A stretch of 64,000 nt of DNA, from the IMG/VR virus record IMGVR_UViG_3300027850_000002, positions 111,416-175,415 of that record. One strand, 5' to 3'. The stretch's first letter is position 1. Every line of letters starts with the position of its first letter. Under the pieces are notes generated by a model, which had not been told where the DNA came from, made no database searches, and saw only the letters and a list, made by a program, of their open reading frames with translations. Made by a program: the position numbers and the translations under genes. The DNA comes from a virus. Below are positions 53,981-63,222 of the stretch, piece after piece.

Positions 53981-54570
53981 CAGCAACCGCCTTTACATGT
54001 GATGACTGCGTTGGTGGCGAGCACTGTGGAAACGTCGGGGACGATGACGGCTTCGCACATCGCAACAAACCTGGACGTCAGAACCGGGAGCACGGGCACT
54101 GCGTGCGAAACCCCGTGCTGGTCACGTACCGCGAGTAGCAGGCGCTTCTCCACAGGGCGTCCTGTTCGGCGCTCGACCACACGCCAACCCCCGTACTCGG
54201 CAGGGTCGAAGCGATACCGGGGCACAGGTTCAACCCATGTCCAGTGGTCCGGATTCACACAGCCCGGGTGACCGCACTTCAGTGTGAAGCTAGAACGTTC
54301 GGGGAACGGTCCTTTGTGGTGTTCGATAAGCAATCGAGCAACGACAAATATTCCACGCTTAACATTTGTGTTGGGCGCCCACGATATAACCGCATGGCCG
54401 TACTCACTAAGACGACGTGGAAACTTGGCCTCGAGATCGACAGACCATAACCAATGCCCTGAAGTGTCTTCGTCCTTCACTATATAACGCAGTAAAAGCG
54501 CCATCGGAGGCTGTTGTTTTCGGAGCCAAGTCGCTCCATGTGTTTTCAACAAGTTGGCGGAATATGACAT
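53980..54570 (-). CDS. degenerate HNH (His-Cys zinc-loop) domain plus HC3-like zinc finger
   Basis: GHWLW...YG...VARL...CGHPGCVNPDHW, then DQHGVSH...AMC...ITCKGGC. Confidence 0.6.
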   Translation of the reverse strand: MSYSANLLKTHGATWLRKQQPPMALLLRYIVKDEDTSGHWLWSVDLEAKFPRRLSEYGHAVISWAPNTNVKRGIFVVARLLIEHHKGPFPERSSFTLKCGHPGCVNPDHWTWVEPVPRYRFDPAEYGGWRVVERRTGRPVEKRLLLAVRDQHGVSHAVPVLPVLTSRFVAMCEAVIVPDVSTVLATNAVITCKGGC

Positions 54571-55030
54571 ATCCGTTTTAAAACTCGCGATGGGCCTATT
54601 CTGGCCTGGAAGAAAGAAACCCACGGCCCGCCGCAGCGCCTCTACTCTACTCTATCTAGGAGGATCATAATGGTTTTAGTTTAGGGGGACGCTGGGGGCA
54701 ACCAAAACCACGATTAATCGCGACTGCTGCTTTGGGATGGAGGTGTTATTACGGCGTATACTTGATCGCGGGAGCCCGTATTTGTGAGTAGGTTTGTGTA
54801 GGTGGAGATGTGTGAGCCACGGACACGTCCTGAAAACACGTTAAAATCGTTAAAAACATGCCCTCCCGAAAAGAAGTGTGCGCCGTAACAACATGTCCGT
54901 ACTTGTGGAACGGTCGTTTTATTTCTTGTTTTTGATGTACACAACCTTGACCTTCTTGTTACGTTTAACATATCCCTGATTGTGGTCACCTTCGTTTTTC
55001 CAAACCAACTACTCAATTAGGGCATTCGCA
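54571..55030. other. AT-rich divergent intergenic region
   Basis: ~460 bp without a credible ORF, visibly AT-rich, at a strand switch. Confidence 0.6.
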
Positions 55031-55846
55031 ATGTCAAAACATAAAACACACTTTCACTACAGCTTCAAGCCGTTGGACTGGGTGGAGGCGCATAGCTGCG
55101 AGCGTCTCGGTGCACGTTTGCGTGATGATGGATCTACGTTCGAATTCAATGGGTTGAACGCCTGGCAGGCACGGCATCAGTGGCAGCTCGAGGTCCCTCT
55201 GGGTCTCTTCGCACACGATTTCCGTCCCGGCCTCATCACCCCAGAACAAGACGTCGCCGCACGCGACGCCCTCTTCGCCAAGATGCGTCCCAAGCGCTTC
55301 CACCAGGCGCGAGACGTTATCGTGCGCGACGACGTCACGTACTACCGCAAGCCGGTGCTTGAGCAGGTCCGGGGGCATCACGACCACCCCGAGCTGATCG
55401 ACGCCCTGCTGGCGTTCTGGAACGCGGCAGAGCGTGACCGCACAATCATCAAGCCACCCAAGCCCAAGAAGCCCCACCTCGAGCCGTGGGAGCGAAAGCA
55501 ACGCTTCGGCACCGAATGTCGCGGTCCGAGCTGGACAAACGAAGAAGACGACGTGATCCGAAAGTGGTTCGGACGCCGCACCATCGGTCCCTATGCCGGT
55601 TCGCACGTCCCGCTCACATCCGACGAATGGAACACCGTGCTCGACGCCCTTGGTCGCCGTCGCACCAAAGCCGGCGTGCATCAACGTCTCGTCATCCTCA
55701 ACAACCGACTCCGCCAAGAGTTCGTCGATCGCAAGTACATCTTCGGTGGCTTCATCGGACGCGCACACCATGGAGAGTGGTTGAATCGCGTGCTCGGCGA
55801 ACGCCCCCGACCATTGCAGGTGCGACCATCGCGACGACGAGCCTAG
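55031..55846 (+). CDS. hypothetical protein with Myb/SANT-like C-terminal motif
   Basis: GPSWTNEEDDVIR...W....L.RRTKAGV..R. Confidence 0.55.
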   Translation: MSKHKTHFHYSFKPLDWVEAHSCERLGARLRDDGSTFEFNGLNAWQARHQWQLEVPLGLFAHDFRPGLITPEQDVAARDALFAKMRPKRFHQARDVIVRDDVTYYRKPVLEQVRGHHDHPELIDALLAFWNAAERDRTIIKPPKPKKPHLEPWERKQRFGTECRGPSWTNEEDDVIRKWFGRRTIGPYAGSHVPLTSDEWNTVLDALGRRRTKAGVHQRLVILNNRLRQEFVDRKYIFGGFIGRAHHGEWLNRVLGERPRPLQVRPSRRRA

Positions 55847-55847
55847 C

Positions 55848-55856
55848 CCTATAATT
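55848..55856 (+). promoter_or_regulatory. CCTATAATT late-type promoter
   Basis: TATAAT 55850-55855, GTG at 55867. Confidence 0.6.
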
Positions 55857-55866
55857 TCGAGAACCT

Positions 55867-56478
55867 GTGCCACCGCCGAAGGATCTCGTTCGCTTCAAAG
55901 AAGTCCGCGTCGCGGATCTGCGAAACGATCAGAAGACCGCCGCACAGATTCTCAACGCCGACGCTGCGTCGCTCACACAAGAGCAGTTCCAAGAATTCAT
56001 CCTCTCGCAGATCAAGCGCATCATCCACGGCGACAATGTCGGCGTTTGGAAAGACGACTTCCTCGCGCTCGGCATCCTCGACCTGCAGGACATCAGCGCG
56101 GGGCAACTTCTCCCCGCTGACTGCCAAGCCGGCGACTCACCCGGTGCAGCCGTGCGCATCACGGGTCCCTATGTTTTGGGGGTTGCCCAAGTAACGACGT
56201 GCGACGTCTCTATCGCCGGCGGCTATCCAGCGATCGGCATCATCCAATACAAGACAAGCCCCACGCGTTGCTTCGTTCGCATGGCAGGACCGCTCGCGGG
56301 GTACATCACGCTGACGCCCGGCGTGACCTACTTCGTCGGCTTCGACGGCATGCCCGCAGCAGCCCCGCTCCCCGCGTCCATCACCGGCTTCACCGCGGTG
56401 CAGGCACTCGGCGTCGCCATCGACGCAACAACACTGCAAGTCTCCGTCACGCCGAACCGTTTCCTTCGTTCAAGCTGA
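55867..56478 (+). CDS. putative virion decoration/structural protein
   Basis: C-terminal PAIGII...LTPG.TYF...Q.LGVA.D domain, also seen at the C-terminus of 56963..58180. Confidence 0.55.
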   Translation: MPPPKDLVRFKEVRVADLRNDQKTAAQILNADAASLTQEQFQEFILSQIKRIIHGDNVGVWKDDFLALGILDLQDISAGQLLPADCQAGDSPGAAVRITGPYVLGVAQVTTCDVSIAGGYPAIGIIQYKTSPTRCFVRMAGPLAGYITLTPGVTYFVGFDGMPAAAPLPASITGFTAVQALGVAIDATTLQVSVTPNRFLRSS

Positions 56479-56484
56479 CCAACG

Positions 56485-56493
56485 CCTATAATT
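56485..56493 (+). promoter_or_regulatory. CCTATAATT late-type promoter
   Basis: TATAAT 56487-56492, ATG at 56501. Confidence 0.6.
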
Positions 56494-56500
56494 CCGGTGA

Positions 56501-56959
56501 ATGGGCAAGGCATTGCAAACCCCGGAACTCGATGAGGATGGACAGCTCATCCTTCGCGGGGAGCTGTTCTGGAAATGGAAAGCGCTTCACGAAGCGGTGC
56601 AGCGTTGCGACGCTGAGATCAAGCTTCGCAACCCGCTCATCGACGCTCTGCTCGATCAGCAGCCCGACCTGAAGAAGCTGCTCGGCGAGCGCTCGACGTA
56701 CATCCAACAGTCCGTCACCGCACGGCACGAGTACAAGACCGTGCTCGCCGCGCTCGAGGCCCACTTCGGCTTCTCGATGGCGGAGGTCTCGATCGACGAC
56801 ATCACGGGCGTCGTGCATCGCCTCTCGCCCGCGCCCGTGCCCGTCGCGCCAGTGAAGAACGGCGTCAACGCACACACGCCTCGTCGCCCCGCCAAACCAT
56901 CTCCCGTCGCATCCGGCTCCACCACGCGCAAGACACCCACGAAGAAGAAAAGGACGTAG
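56501..56959 (+). CDS. helical hypothetical protein (possible chaperone)
   Basis: Coiled coil plus basic tail. Confidence 0.55.
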   Translation: MGKALQTPELDEDGQLILRGELFWKWKALHEAVQRCDAEIKLRNPLIDALLDQQPDLKKLLGERSTYIQQSVTARHEYKTVLAALEAHFGFSMAEVSIDDITGVVHRLSPAPVPVAPVKNGVNAHTPRRPAKPSPVASGSTTRKTPTKKKRT

Positions 56960-56962
56960 ACC

Positions 56963-58180
56963 ATGGCCCTCCGCAAGCTTGTCGTATTCAATGCCACCGA
57001 GGGTTATCCCACCGATGTCATCGGCGCCGACGACTTCGATGTTGGCTCTCGCCTTCTCTCCAACGTGCTCAACCCCGTTGCAGCACAGGACGCAGCCACC
57101 AAGGCCTACGTCGATCTCTACGTGCAGGGCATCTCGTGGAAGTCGCCCGTGCGTCTCGCGACTGCGGCGGCTCTGTCGCCTGCGAACACCTACGCCAACG
57201 GCGCCTCGGGCGTCGGCGCGACGCTGACCGCGACCGGCAACGGCACGCTCACCGTCGATGGCTCGCTCACCGTCATTGGCGATCGCATCCTCGTGAGGAA
57301 CGAGGTCGCGGCACTGGGCAACGGTATCTACGTCGTCACCACGGCGGGCGCCGCCGCCGCTGCCTACATCCTCACCCGCGTCACCGACGCCGACATCGCC
57401 GCCGAGCTGCTGCAGGCCGCCGTGTTCGCGCAGGAGGGCACCGCCAACGGCGACATCGCATTCGTCGGCACGGCCAACGCACCGATCACGGTCGGCACCA
57501 CGGCACTGCCGTTCATCGCCTTCACGACCACGACGGCCTACACGTTCGACGCAGGCCTTCTCAACACGGCCGGCGCGATCTCGGTCGAGCTGGACACGGC
57601 CGCTGCAGCAGCGACGGCTGGTAACGGCGGCGGTAGCTCAGGCCTGGAGTTCGACGCAGCAGGCGTCGCAGGCAAGCTTCGCGCAGCCGTTGTTTCAACG
57701 GGCGGTCTGACGCGCCAGGCAACGGGCCTGGGCATCCTCGTTGACCCGGTCGCGAACACCGCCGGCAACAACCCGTCGTCATCGACGTCGGCCACGGGCT
57801 TCAAGGTGCTGCGTGCGCCCAAGGTCGACGACAACTACCTCATCAACTCGGCAGTCGCCGTTGGTGATGCGGTGAACTTCTCAGCCACAGCCAACCGCAT
57901 CAAGAAGAGCGATGCCGCTGTCGACGCGGACTCCCGCGTCATCGGCGTGGCACGCACCGCTGGCACCGTCCCCGGCACCGACACCGTCCAGGTGGTCAGC
58001 GCGGGTCCGTGCCTCGGCGTCATCGCTGGCGCAACGGTCAACACGCCGTACTACCTGCAGAGCGGCGGCGGCATCGGAACCGCGCTGCCCAGCGGTGGCA
58101 CGCGCACCATCCAGGTCGGCAAGGCCATGAACACGACCGACCTCTGGGTGCAGATCATCGACTTCGGCAAGAAGGCGTAG
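56963..58180 (+). CDS. tail fibre / head fibre-like structural protein
   Basis: P.AAQDAATKAYVD..SWKSPVRLAT...GDRILV.N....NGIY motif of phage fibre proteins. Confidence 0.7.
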   Translation: MALRKLVVFNATEGYPTDVIGADDFDVGSRLLSNVLNPVAAQDAATKAYVDLYVQGISWKSPVRLATAAALSPANTYANGASGVGATLTATGNGTLTVDGSLTVIGDRILVRNEVAALGNGIYVVTTAGAAAAAYILTRVTDADIAAELLQAAVFAQEGTANGDIAFVGTANAPITVGTTALPFIAFTTTTAYTFDAGLLNTAGAISVELDTAAAAATAGNGGGSSGLEFDAAGVAGKLRAAVVSTGGLTRQATGLGILVDPVANTAGNNPSSSTSATGFKVLRAPKVDDNYLINSAVAVGDAVNFSATANRIKKSDAAVDADSRVIGVARTAGTVPGTDTVQVVSAGPCLGVIAGATVNTPYYLQSGGGIGTALPSGGTRTIQVGKAMNTTDLWVQIIDFGKKA

Positions 58181-58191
58181 TCAGATAGGTT

Positions 58192-58566
58192 ATGGCGATC
58201 ATTCGTACCCTTCCTGAGAAAGACTCCACCGAAGGGTACGAGACCGAGTTCGATCGCAATAGCGATGCTGCGGATATGCGTGGCGCGTATTTGCAGAACG
58301 ACGTGAGCAACGACGCGACGGTCTTGGTGTCGCGCGATGCCTCAGACAACCTGACGTTTACGGATCCCGTCGTGGGCGTCACCAAGACGTTGACCGACTT
58401 GCTCGCAGGTGGTGGTGGCGCGAGCGCGCTCGCTCTCAACAAGCACGTGCTGTCCGCGAACTTCACCGTGACAGCGGCGTATGGCGTCGTCGTGCCTCGC
58501 TACATCGAAATCGCAGCAGGCATCACGCTGACGCTCGGCGACGACGCCGACTTGGAGATTTCATGA
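58192..58566 (+). CDS. putative fibre-associated protein
   Basis: Operonic, beta-rich C-terminus. Confidence 0.55.
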   Translation: MAIIRTLPEKDSTEGYETEFDRNSDAADMRGAYLQNDVSNDATVLVSRDASDNLTFTDPVVGVTKTLTDLLAGGGGASALALNKHVLSANFTVTAAYGVVVPRYIEIAAGITLTLGDDADLEIS

Positions 58567-59765
58567 GCTATTTGACGCAATCCAAGTTGGCTGCGCCGTC
58601 CACACCCGCGAGCGGCAAGGGCACCTGGTACATCGACGTAAACGGCGAGCCTCGCTTCAAGGACGACAACGGCGTCGACATCGCGCTCTCTCCGAAGTGG
58701 AAGTACAACTGGATGCGCAACGGCGGCTTCTGGTTCGCACAGCGCCAAGCGCCCGGCACGCTCACGACGTACTCGAACTTGACGGGTCGCGCGATCGCAG
58801 CAGACGGCTGGGGGATCACCAACGAGAACGCGAGCGTGCAGTACCTCCGCGTCGATACGATGACGTCGCCGGAGACGAATCTCTACGCGCGGTACTACGG
58901 ACAGTTTACCAAAATCACTAGCACGGGAAAGCTCGTCATCTCGCAAGTCGTCGAAGGCTTCGATACCGCGAACCTACGCGGCAGCACGTTTCGTATCCAG
59001 GCCAAGATCAAGGCCGTGACCTCGAACATCACGGTGCGGTTGGCGGTCGCGTTCCTGACGACGGGATCACCCGACACAGGCATGCCGGCGACGTTCGTCA
59101 CGGCGTTCGGAGCCAACGCCACCGACCCGACCCTGGGAACCAACCTCGCCTATATCACGCCGAAGGCAGGCGTCAACGCAGACGGCGGCACGGTGCGCGG
59201 CAACGCGATCGACTGCACGGTGACGAGTGCTGTGTGGGGTCGGTTTGGTGGTGTGTTCGACATTCCAACCAGCGCACGCAACATCGTCATCCTGGTCTTC
59301 AGTGACAGCCAGCTCATTCCCAACAACGGTATCTCGATTTCGGAAGTGTCCCTGACGGATGGCCAGGCGACCCAAGACTGGGCGCCCAACTCGATCTCAC
59401 AGGAACTCGTGAAGGTGCAGCGCTTCTACTGCAAGAGCTTCAACATCGACGTGCTGCCTGCGCAAAACGTAGGTCTTGTCGGCGCCGTTCGCGGTTACGT
59501 GAGCGTTGCGGGCGCGACCGCCAACCAGCCTGTCGGTGTGCGGTTCCCCGTGCCAATGCGCGCAGCTCCGACTACCTTCGTGTTCTACAACCCGTCGGCG
59601 GCCAACGCTTTCGCACGCAACACAACAGCAGCAACCAACGCGACCGCGCTCGCCCTGGGCGGAACGTCTGGTGACCAGGGGTTCGACGCGTTCTTCACCG
59701 GCATCGCGGCGTGGACCATCGCGCAGTCGGTTGCGTTTCACTTCACGGCCGACGCGGAGATCTAA
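58563..59765 (+). CDS. tail fibre-like protein with carbohydrate-binding-like domain
   Basis: N.MRNGGFW.AQR, EL...QRFYCKS, RFPVPMRAAPT. Confidence 0.65.
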   Translation: MSYLTQSKLAAPSTPASGKGTWYIDVNGEPRFKDDNGVDIALSPKWKYNWMRNGGFWFAQRQAPGTLTTYSNLTGRAIAADGWGITNENASVQYLRVDTMTSPETNLYARYYGQFTKITSTGKLVISQVVEGFDTANLRGSTFRIQAKIKAVTSNITVRLAVAFLTTGSPDTGMPATFVTAFGANATDPTLGTNLAYITPKAGVNADGGTVRGNAIDCTVTSAVWGRFGGVFDIPTSARNIVILVFSDSQLIPNNGISISEVSLTDGQATQDWAPNSISQELVKVQRFYCKSFNIDVLPAQNVGLVGAVRGYVSVAGATANQPVGVRFPVPMRAAPTTFVFYNPSAANAFARNTTAATNATALALGGTSGDQGFDAFFTGIAAWTIAQSVAFHFTADAEI

Positions 59766-61085
59766 ATGCGCCAGCGAGCGCGGTACGCACCAATGCCGGT
59801 TGCTGGCAAGACGCACCGCTACGTCGAGCGCAACCGTGGGACGACCGACCTCAACGGATTGACGGAGCCTCCGACCATCATCCCGTTCGCACAGGAAGAC
59901 AGCGGTGCTCGCTACACACTGAACCGTGACAGCACGTACAACTATCTTCGCAACGCTGGGTTCTGGTCTACCCAACATCAACGGTTGGGCGTTACCGGCT
60001 TGCCCCAAATATTCATCCCTGCGGGCACGCGGATCATGGCGTTTGACGGTTGGGCTCTTAACATGGGGTCGACTACAGGTAATAACGCGGTGACCCGCGT
60101 GTCAGCTGTCACAAACGGGCAATACTACAGAAACCCGTACTATTCAGCAGTCGTAAGACAGTGGGACGGTGTCGACTTCGCAGGTCGATGGATGTGGTCA
60201 CAGGTGATCGAAGCCTCCGACGTTGCAACATTGCGAGGCAAGGTTGTAAGGCTGCAGGCAAAGGTGACCTGCCCGAGTTTTTGGATCGCGAACGCGAGGT
60301 TTAACAACTCGGTGATTCGACTCGGCCTGTTGAAGTTATCAGGCGGGACGGACGACACGATTCCAACGACGTTCACGACGAACTCCACGGCAGGTGTTAT
60401 CCCGACGTTTGGAACCGGGCTCTCCCTCATTCCACCTTTGACCTACGGTATAGATGGCGCTGGTGCAGACCAGTACTCGCTCTTCTCCAACGACCCCGGC
60501 GCCACCAAACTGCCCTTTTTTGCCGACTTCGAATCAACCATCGCGACGTACCCGTTCGGTAGGAGGCTCGGTGGACTGTGGCAAATCCCTTCTGACGCTC
60601 AGAACCTAATCTTCGTGGTATGGACACACAATGTGACGACGGGCGGGTTTGGCGGCATGGGTCTTGTCCTATCACAACCACAGCTCACCGTCGGTGAGTC
60701 CGTCAAAGAGTGGACGTGCCTGTCACCTGCGCTTGAGCGTGTACGCAGCCAGCGGTTCGTATGTAGCAGCTTCAACGATAACCCAAGACAGAACGCAGGG
60801 CTCGCAGGCGCTCTTCGCGGGCACGCGAACGCCGCGGGTGCTGCTGCCGACCAGGTTCTGCCCGTACGATTCCCTGTCCAGATGCACCGCGCACCCACAA
60901 TCACGCTCTACAACCCGCTCGCCGCCAACGCGTTCGTGCGCAACACCGTCAACATCACGGATGCGAGCGCGTCGTCGTTCGCGAATGCGTCCGAGCAAGG
61001 GGCAGACATAACGTTCACCGGACTGAGTACCTGGGACGTAGGAGCGTCTGTCGCTGTACATTACAAGGCAAGCGCTGAACTATAG
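59766..61085 (+). CDS. tail fibre-like protein, paralogue of upstream gene
   Basis: YNYLRNAGFW, QRFVCSSF, RFPVQMHRAPT, YNP.AANAF.RNT. Confidence 0.65.
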   Translation: MRQRARYAPMPVAGKTHRYVERNRGTTDLNGLTEPPTIIPFAQEDSGARYTLNRDSTYNYLRNAGFWSTQHQRLGVTGLPQIFIPAGTRIMAFDGWALNMGSTTGNNAVTRVSAVTNGQYYRNPYYSAVVRQWDGVDFAGRWMWSQVIEASDVATLRGKVVRLQAKVTCPSFWIANARFNNSVIRLGLLKLSGGTDDTIPTTFTTNSTAGVIPTFGTGLSLIPPLTYGIDGAGADQYSLFSNDPGATKLPFFADFESTIATYPFGRRLGGLWQIPSDAQNLIFVVWTHNVTTGGFGGMGLVLSQPQLTVGESVKEWTCLSPALERVRSQRFVCSSFNDNPRQNAGLAGALRGHANAAGAAADQVLPVRFPVQMHRAPTITLYNPLAANAFVRNTVNITDASASSFANASEQGADITFTGLSTWDVGASVAVHYKASAEL

Positions 61086-61122
61086 GTCCGACCTAGTGTA
61101 GGGTTCTCCCAAGGAGATGTAT

Positions 61123-61359
61123 ATGAAGCTACTGCTCACTGCCATCCTCATCACAGCAACCATCACCGCCGTCTCGTCGGCGGTGTTCACCCCCACGAAC
61201 TACGGGTACCAGAACATCGTCGTGACAGGCGTCGACGACATGCTCCATGACGGCAACATCGTCTATTACACCCTCACGGACTTCTGCACGAGCACGGACC
61301 TTGCCTACAATGGCTCGAATCCCACCACAGTGGCGTTGTCCAACAAAGACAATGACTGA
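61123..61359 (+). CDS. small secreted protein
   Basis: AAGGAG SD, signal peptide. Confidence 0.5.
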   Translation: MKLLLTAILITATITAVSSAVFTPTNYGYQNIVVTGVDDMLHDGNIVYYTLTDFCTSTDLAYNGSNPTTVALSNKDND

Positions 61360-61365
61360 TCTTTG

Positions 61366-61650
61366 ATGAAGATCATCATCGAGCGAATCACGGCGTTGAC
61401 CAACCAGAAGGTCACCAAGGAGCTGGTCGCCGTCATCGACGCCGACATGCTCCCTGCACTTCCGGGCGACGCCTTGTGGATCGCCGATGACAACGGCTCG
61501 CGCGAGCGCCACATCATCCTGGCTGTTCGCCCGTGCGTCCAAGGCACTCAGGTCGCGCAGATCTTAGACGTCGCCAAGGCAAGCCTGGCCAAGACGCTCG
61601 ACCGCGCCATGCTCGCCAAGGCCCAAGGCGACACCGAGACGTCGTCATGA
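61366..61650 (+). CDS. hypothetical protein
   Basis: Operonic ORF. Confidence 0.5.
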   Translation: MKIIIERITALTNQKVTKELVAVIDADMLPALPGDALWIADDNGSRERHIILAVRPCVQGTQVAQILDVAKASLAKTLDRAMLAKAQGDTETSS

Positions 61651-61859
61651 CGCACGTCCTCTCCATCGAGACGAGCAACGGCGCCATCTCGGTGTTCACG
61701 TGCCCCCTTCCCTGGGGCCCGCAAGGACCGACGGTGACGCTCAACGGCCGCGCCTTGTCCGAGGGCTACACCATCCTCTCGAGCACGCAGGTTCGTTTCA
61801 CCGAAGCGCCTCGTATGGACGATGTCGTCGGTTTCTTCGTGGCGACGACCTACACTTAG
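61647..61859 (+). CDS. small beta-rich structural module
   Basis: NG....F......V.LNG....Y......I.F..AP...D.V pattern shared with the next gene. Confidence 0.55.
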   Translation: MTHVLSIETSNGAISVFTCPLPWGPQGPTVTLNGRALSEGYTILSSTQVRFTEAPRMDDVVGFFVATTYT

Positions 61860-61862
61860 GTC

Positions 61863-62318
61863 ATGGCCAACACGCGCATCATGTTGATGCAGGGGCTGAT
61901 CGACGGTTCCAACCGTGTGTTCAGCACCGGCGTGCCCTACGTGCTGGGCTCGACCGCGTACATCCTCAACGGCCGCATCCACAACCGCCTGGGCTCGGAC
62001 AGCGACTACGGCTACGTCGAGTCCAACCCCGACTCCGGCGAGATCACGGTCGACGTTGCACCACTCACCGACGACGTCGTGCAGCTGTTCTTCTGGGACC
62101 GTGTGGTGTCGCCGCCATCGCCCATCCAGCAGCTCACGGGCGTCGTGGTGACGGGGGCGACGCTCACCGGCGTTGCTCGAGAGCCTGTGGTCGAACGTCT
62201 CTCGGGCGTCGTGCGCACGCGTGCGTTGCAAGGTGCCGTCCGAAGCCCCGACGAAACACGGCTCGCGGGCGTCGTCCGCACGCAACGAATCATCGGAACG
62301 ATCAAGGAGCGATGCTGA
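61863..62318 (+). CDS. putative structural protein
   Basis: DGSNRVF...LNG...DY..E....I....AP..DD.V, plus L.GVV repeats. CCTACACT 6 nt upstream. Confidence 0.6.
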   Translation: MANTRIMLMQGLIDGSNRVFSTGVPYVLGSTAYILNGRIHNRLGSDSDYGYVESNPDSGEITVDVAPLTDDVVQLFFWDRVVSPPSPIQQLTGVVVTGATLTGVAREPVVERLSGVVRTRALQGAVRSPDETRLAGVVRTQRIIGTIKERC

Positions 62319-62968
62319 TGTCCAACCGTATCTCCCTCATCCGCGGCACGACCAAAAAACTGAGCGTTGACCTCGTCGACGAGACCGGCGAGCCCATCGC
62401 AGTCAGCCGTCTTGTCGGTGCAACGGCCGAGTTCCTGATGCGCGAGGCGCCCGAGGATGTCGTCAACATCCTGCGCTACACGACCGCGCTCAATCCGACG
62501 AACCTCGCGTTCCAGGTCGGCGTGCCCGTGCTCGACCTGACGTTCCTCGCGACCGACACCCCGACGCTCGCGCTCAAGCTCTACTACTACCAGGTGATGG
62601 TCACGCTCACGACGGGCGACGTGCTTCCCGTCATCGAGTGGGACCTGCTCGACCTGAACCTCGGCGGCGCTGCTGTCGTGCCGCCCGCACCGTTCGCGAG
62701 CACGGTGACGATCACGGCCGACTACCCACTGTCCAACGACATGACGTACATGACGCCGGGCGGCTCGCCGATCGTCGGTGCGCAGGTACGGCTCTACTTG
62801 AAGAGCGAGTACGACATCGGCAACCTCGCGAATCCGATCGGCATCACGACGACGGACACGCACGGCAAGTGGATGAACCCGATCCTCGTGCTGCCGGGCT
62901 ACACGTACGTCGCACGCTTCGAGAAGCCCAACGAGTTCGGACCCGACAAGGTCGAGTTTTTCGCCTAG
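62318..62968 (+). CDS. putative baseplate/structural protein (BppU-like N-terminus plus Ig-like domain)
   Basis: IS.IRG.T...L.F...DT..L....YYYQV, P.VGAQVRLY...TTTD..G.W. Confidence 0.55.
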   Translation: MSNRISLIRGTTKKLSVDLVDETGEPIAVSRLVGATAEFLMREAPEDVVNILRYTTALNPTNLAFQVGVPVLDLTFLATDTPTLALKLYYYQVMVTLTTGDVLPVIEWDLLDLNLGGAAVVPPAPFASTVTITADYPLSNDMTYMTPGGSPIVGAQVRLYLKSEYDIGNLANPIGITTTDTHGKWMNPILVLPGYTYVARFEKPNEFGPDKVEFFA

Positions 62969-63222
62969 CTCAACTCGTCGAGACGGCCGAACTGATTCTC
63001 GAGCCTAGCCAGTATGGCAGGGCTTTCGGTGTGAAGGCGTGCGCGTTCTTGAACAAGAAATTGTTTGAGCGCCGCTTCGAAAATCGCGCGTAGCGTCGCG
63101 CGTTCCCCGCGTTCTTTCCTGTGCATCATGCGAAGCATGTCGAGCTTAATACGCAGCGTGTACGGCAGCTCAACACTCAGTACGGCTGTCTTGTTTGGAC
63201 CAGCATCCTTGGTGGATGGCAT
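62965..63222 (-). CDS. ribbon-helix-helix-like DNA-binding protein
   Basis: LSVELP..LR.KL...TLRAIFEAALKQFL, AGGAG SD. Confidence 0.6.
   Translation of the reverse strand: MPSTKDAGPNKTAVLSVELPYTLRIKLDMLRMMHRKERGERATLRAIFEAALKQFLVQERARLHTESPAILARLENQFGRLDELS

Noticed and set aside
58563-61085. Diversity-generating retroelement TR/VR pair
   Set aside because: Similarity is protein-level between two full genes, differences are not adenine-specific, and there is no reverse transcriptase in the window.
3030-62863. Many long antisense or alternative-frame ORFs in the ORF track (e.g. 11453-12457, 18551-19492, 36133-37155, 62012-62863)
   Set aside because: Shadow ORFs expected in GC-rich DNA. They overlap better-supported genes and lack motifs.
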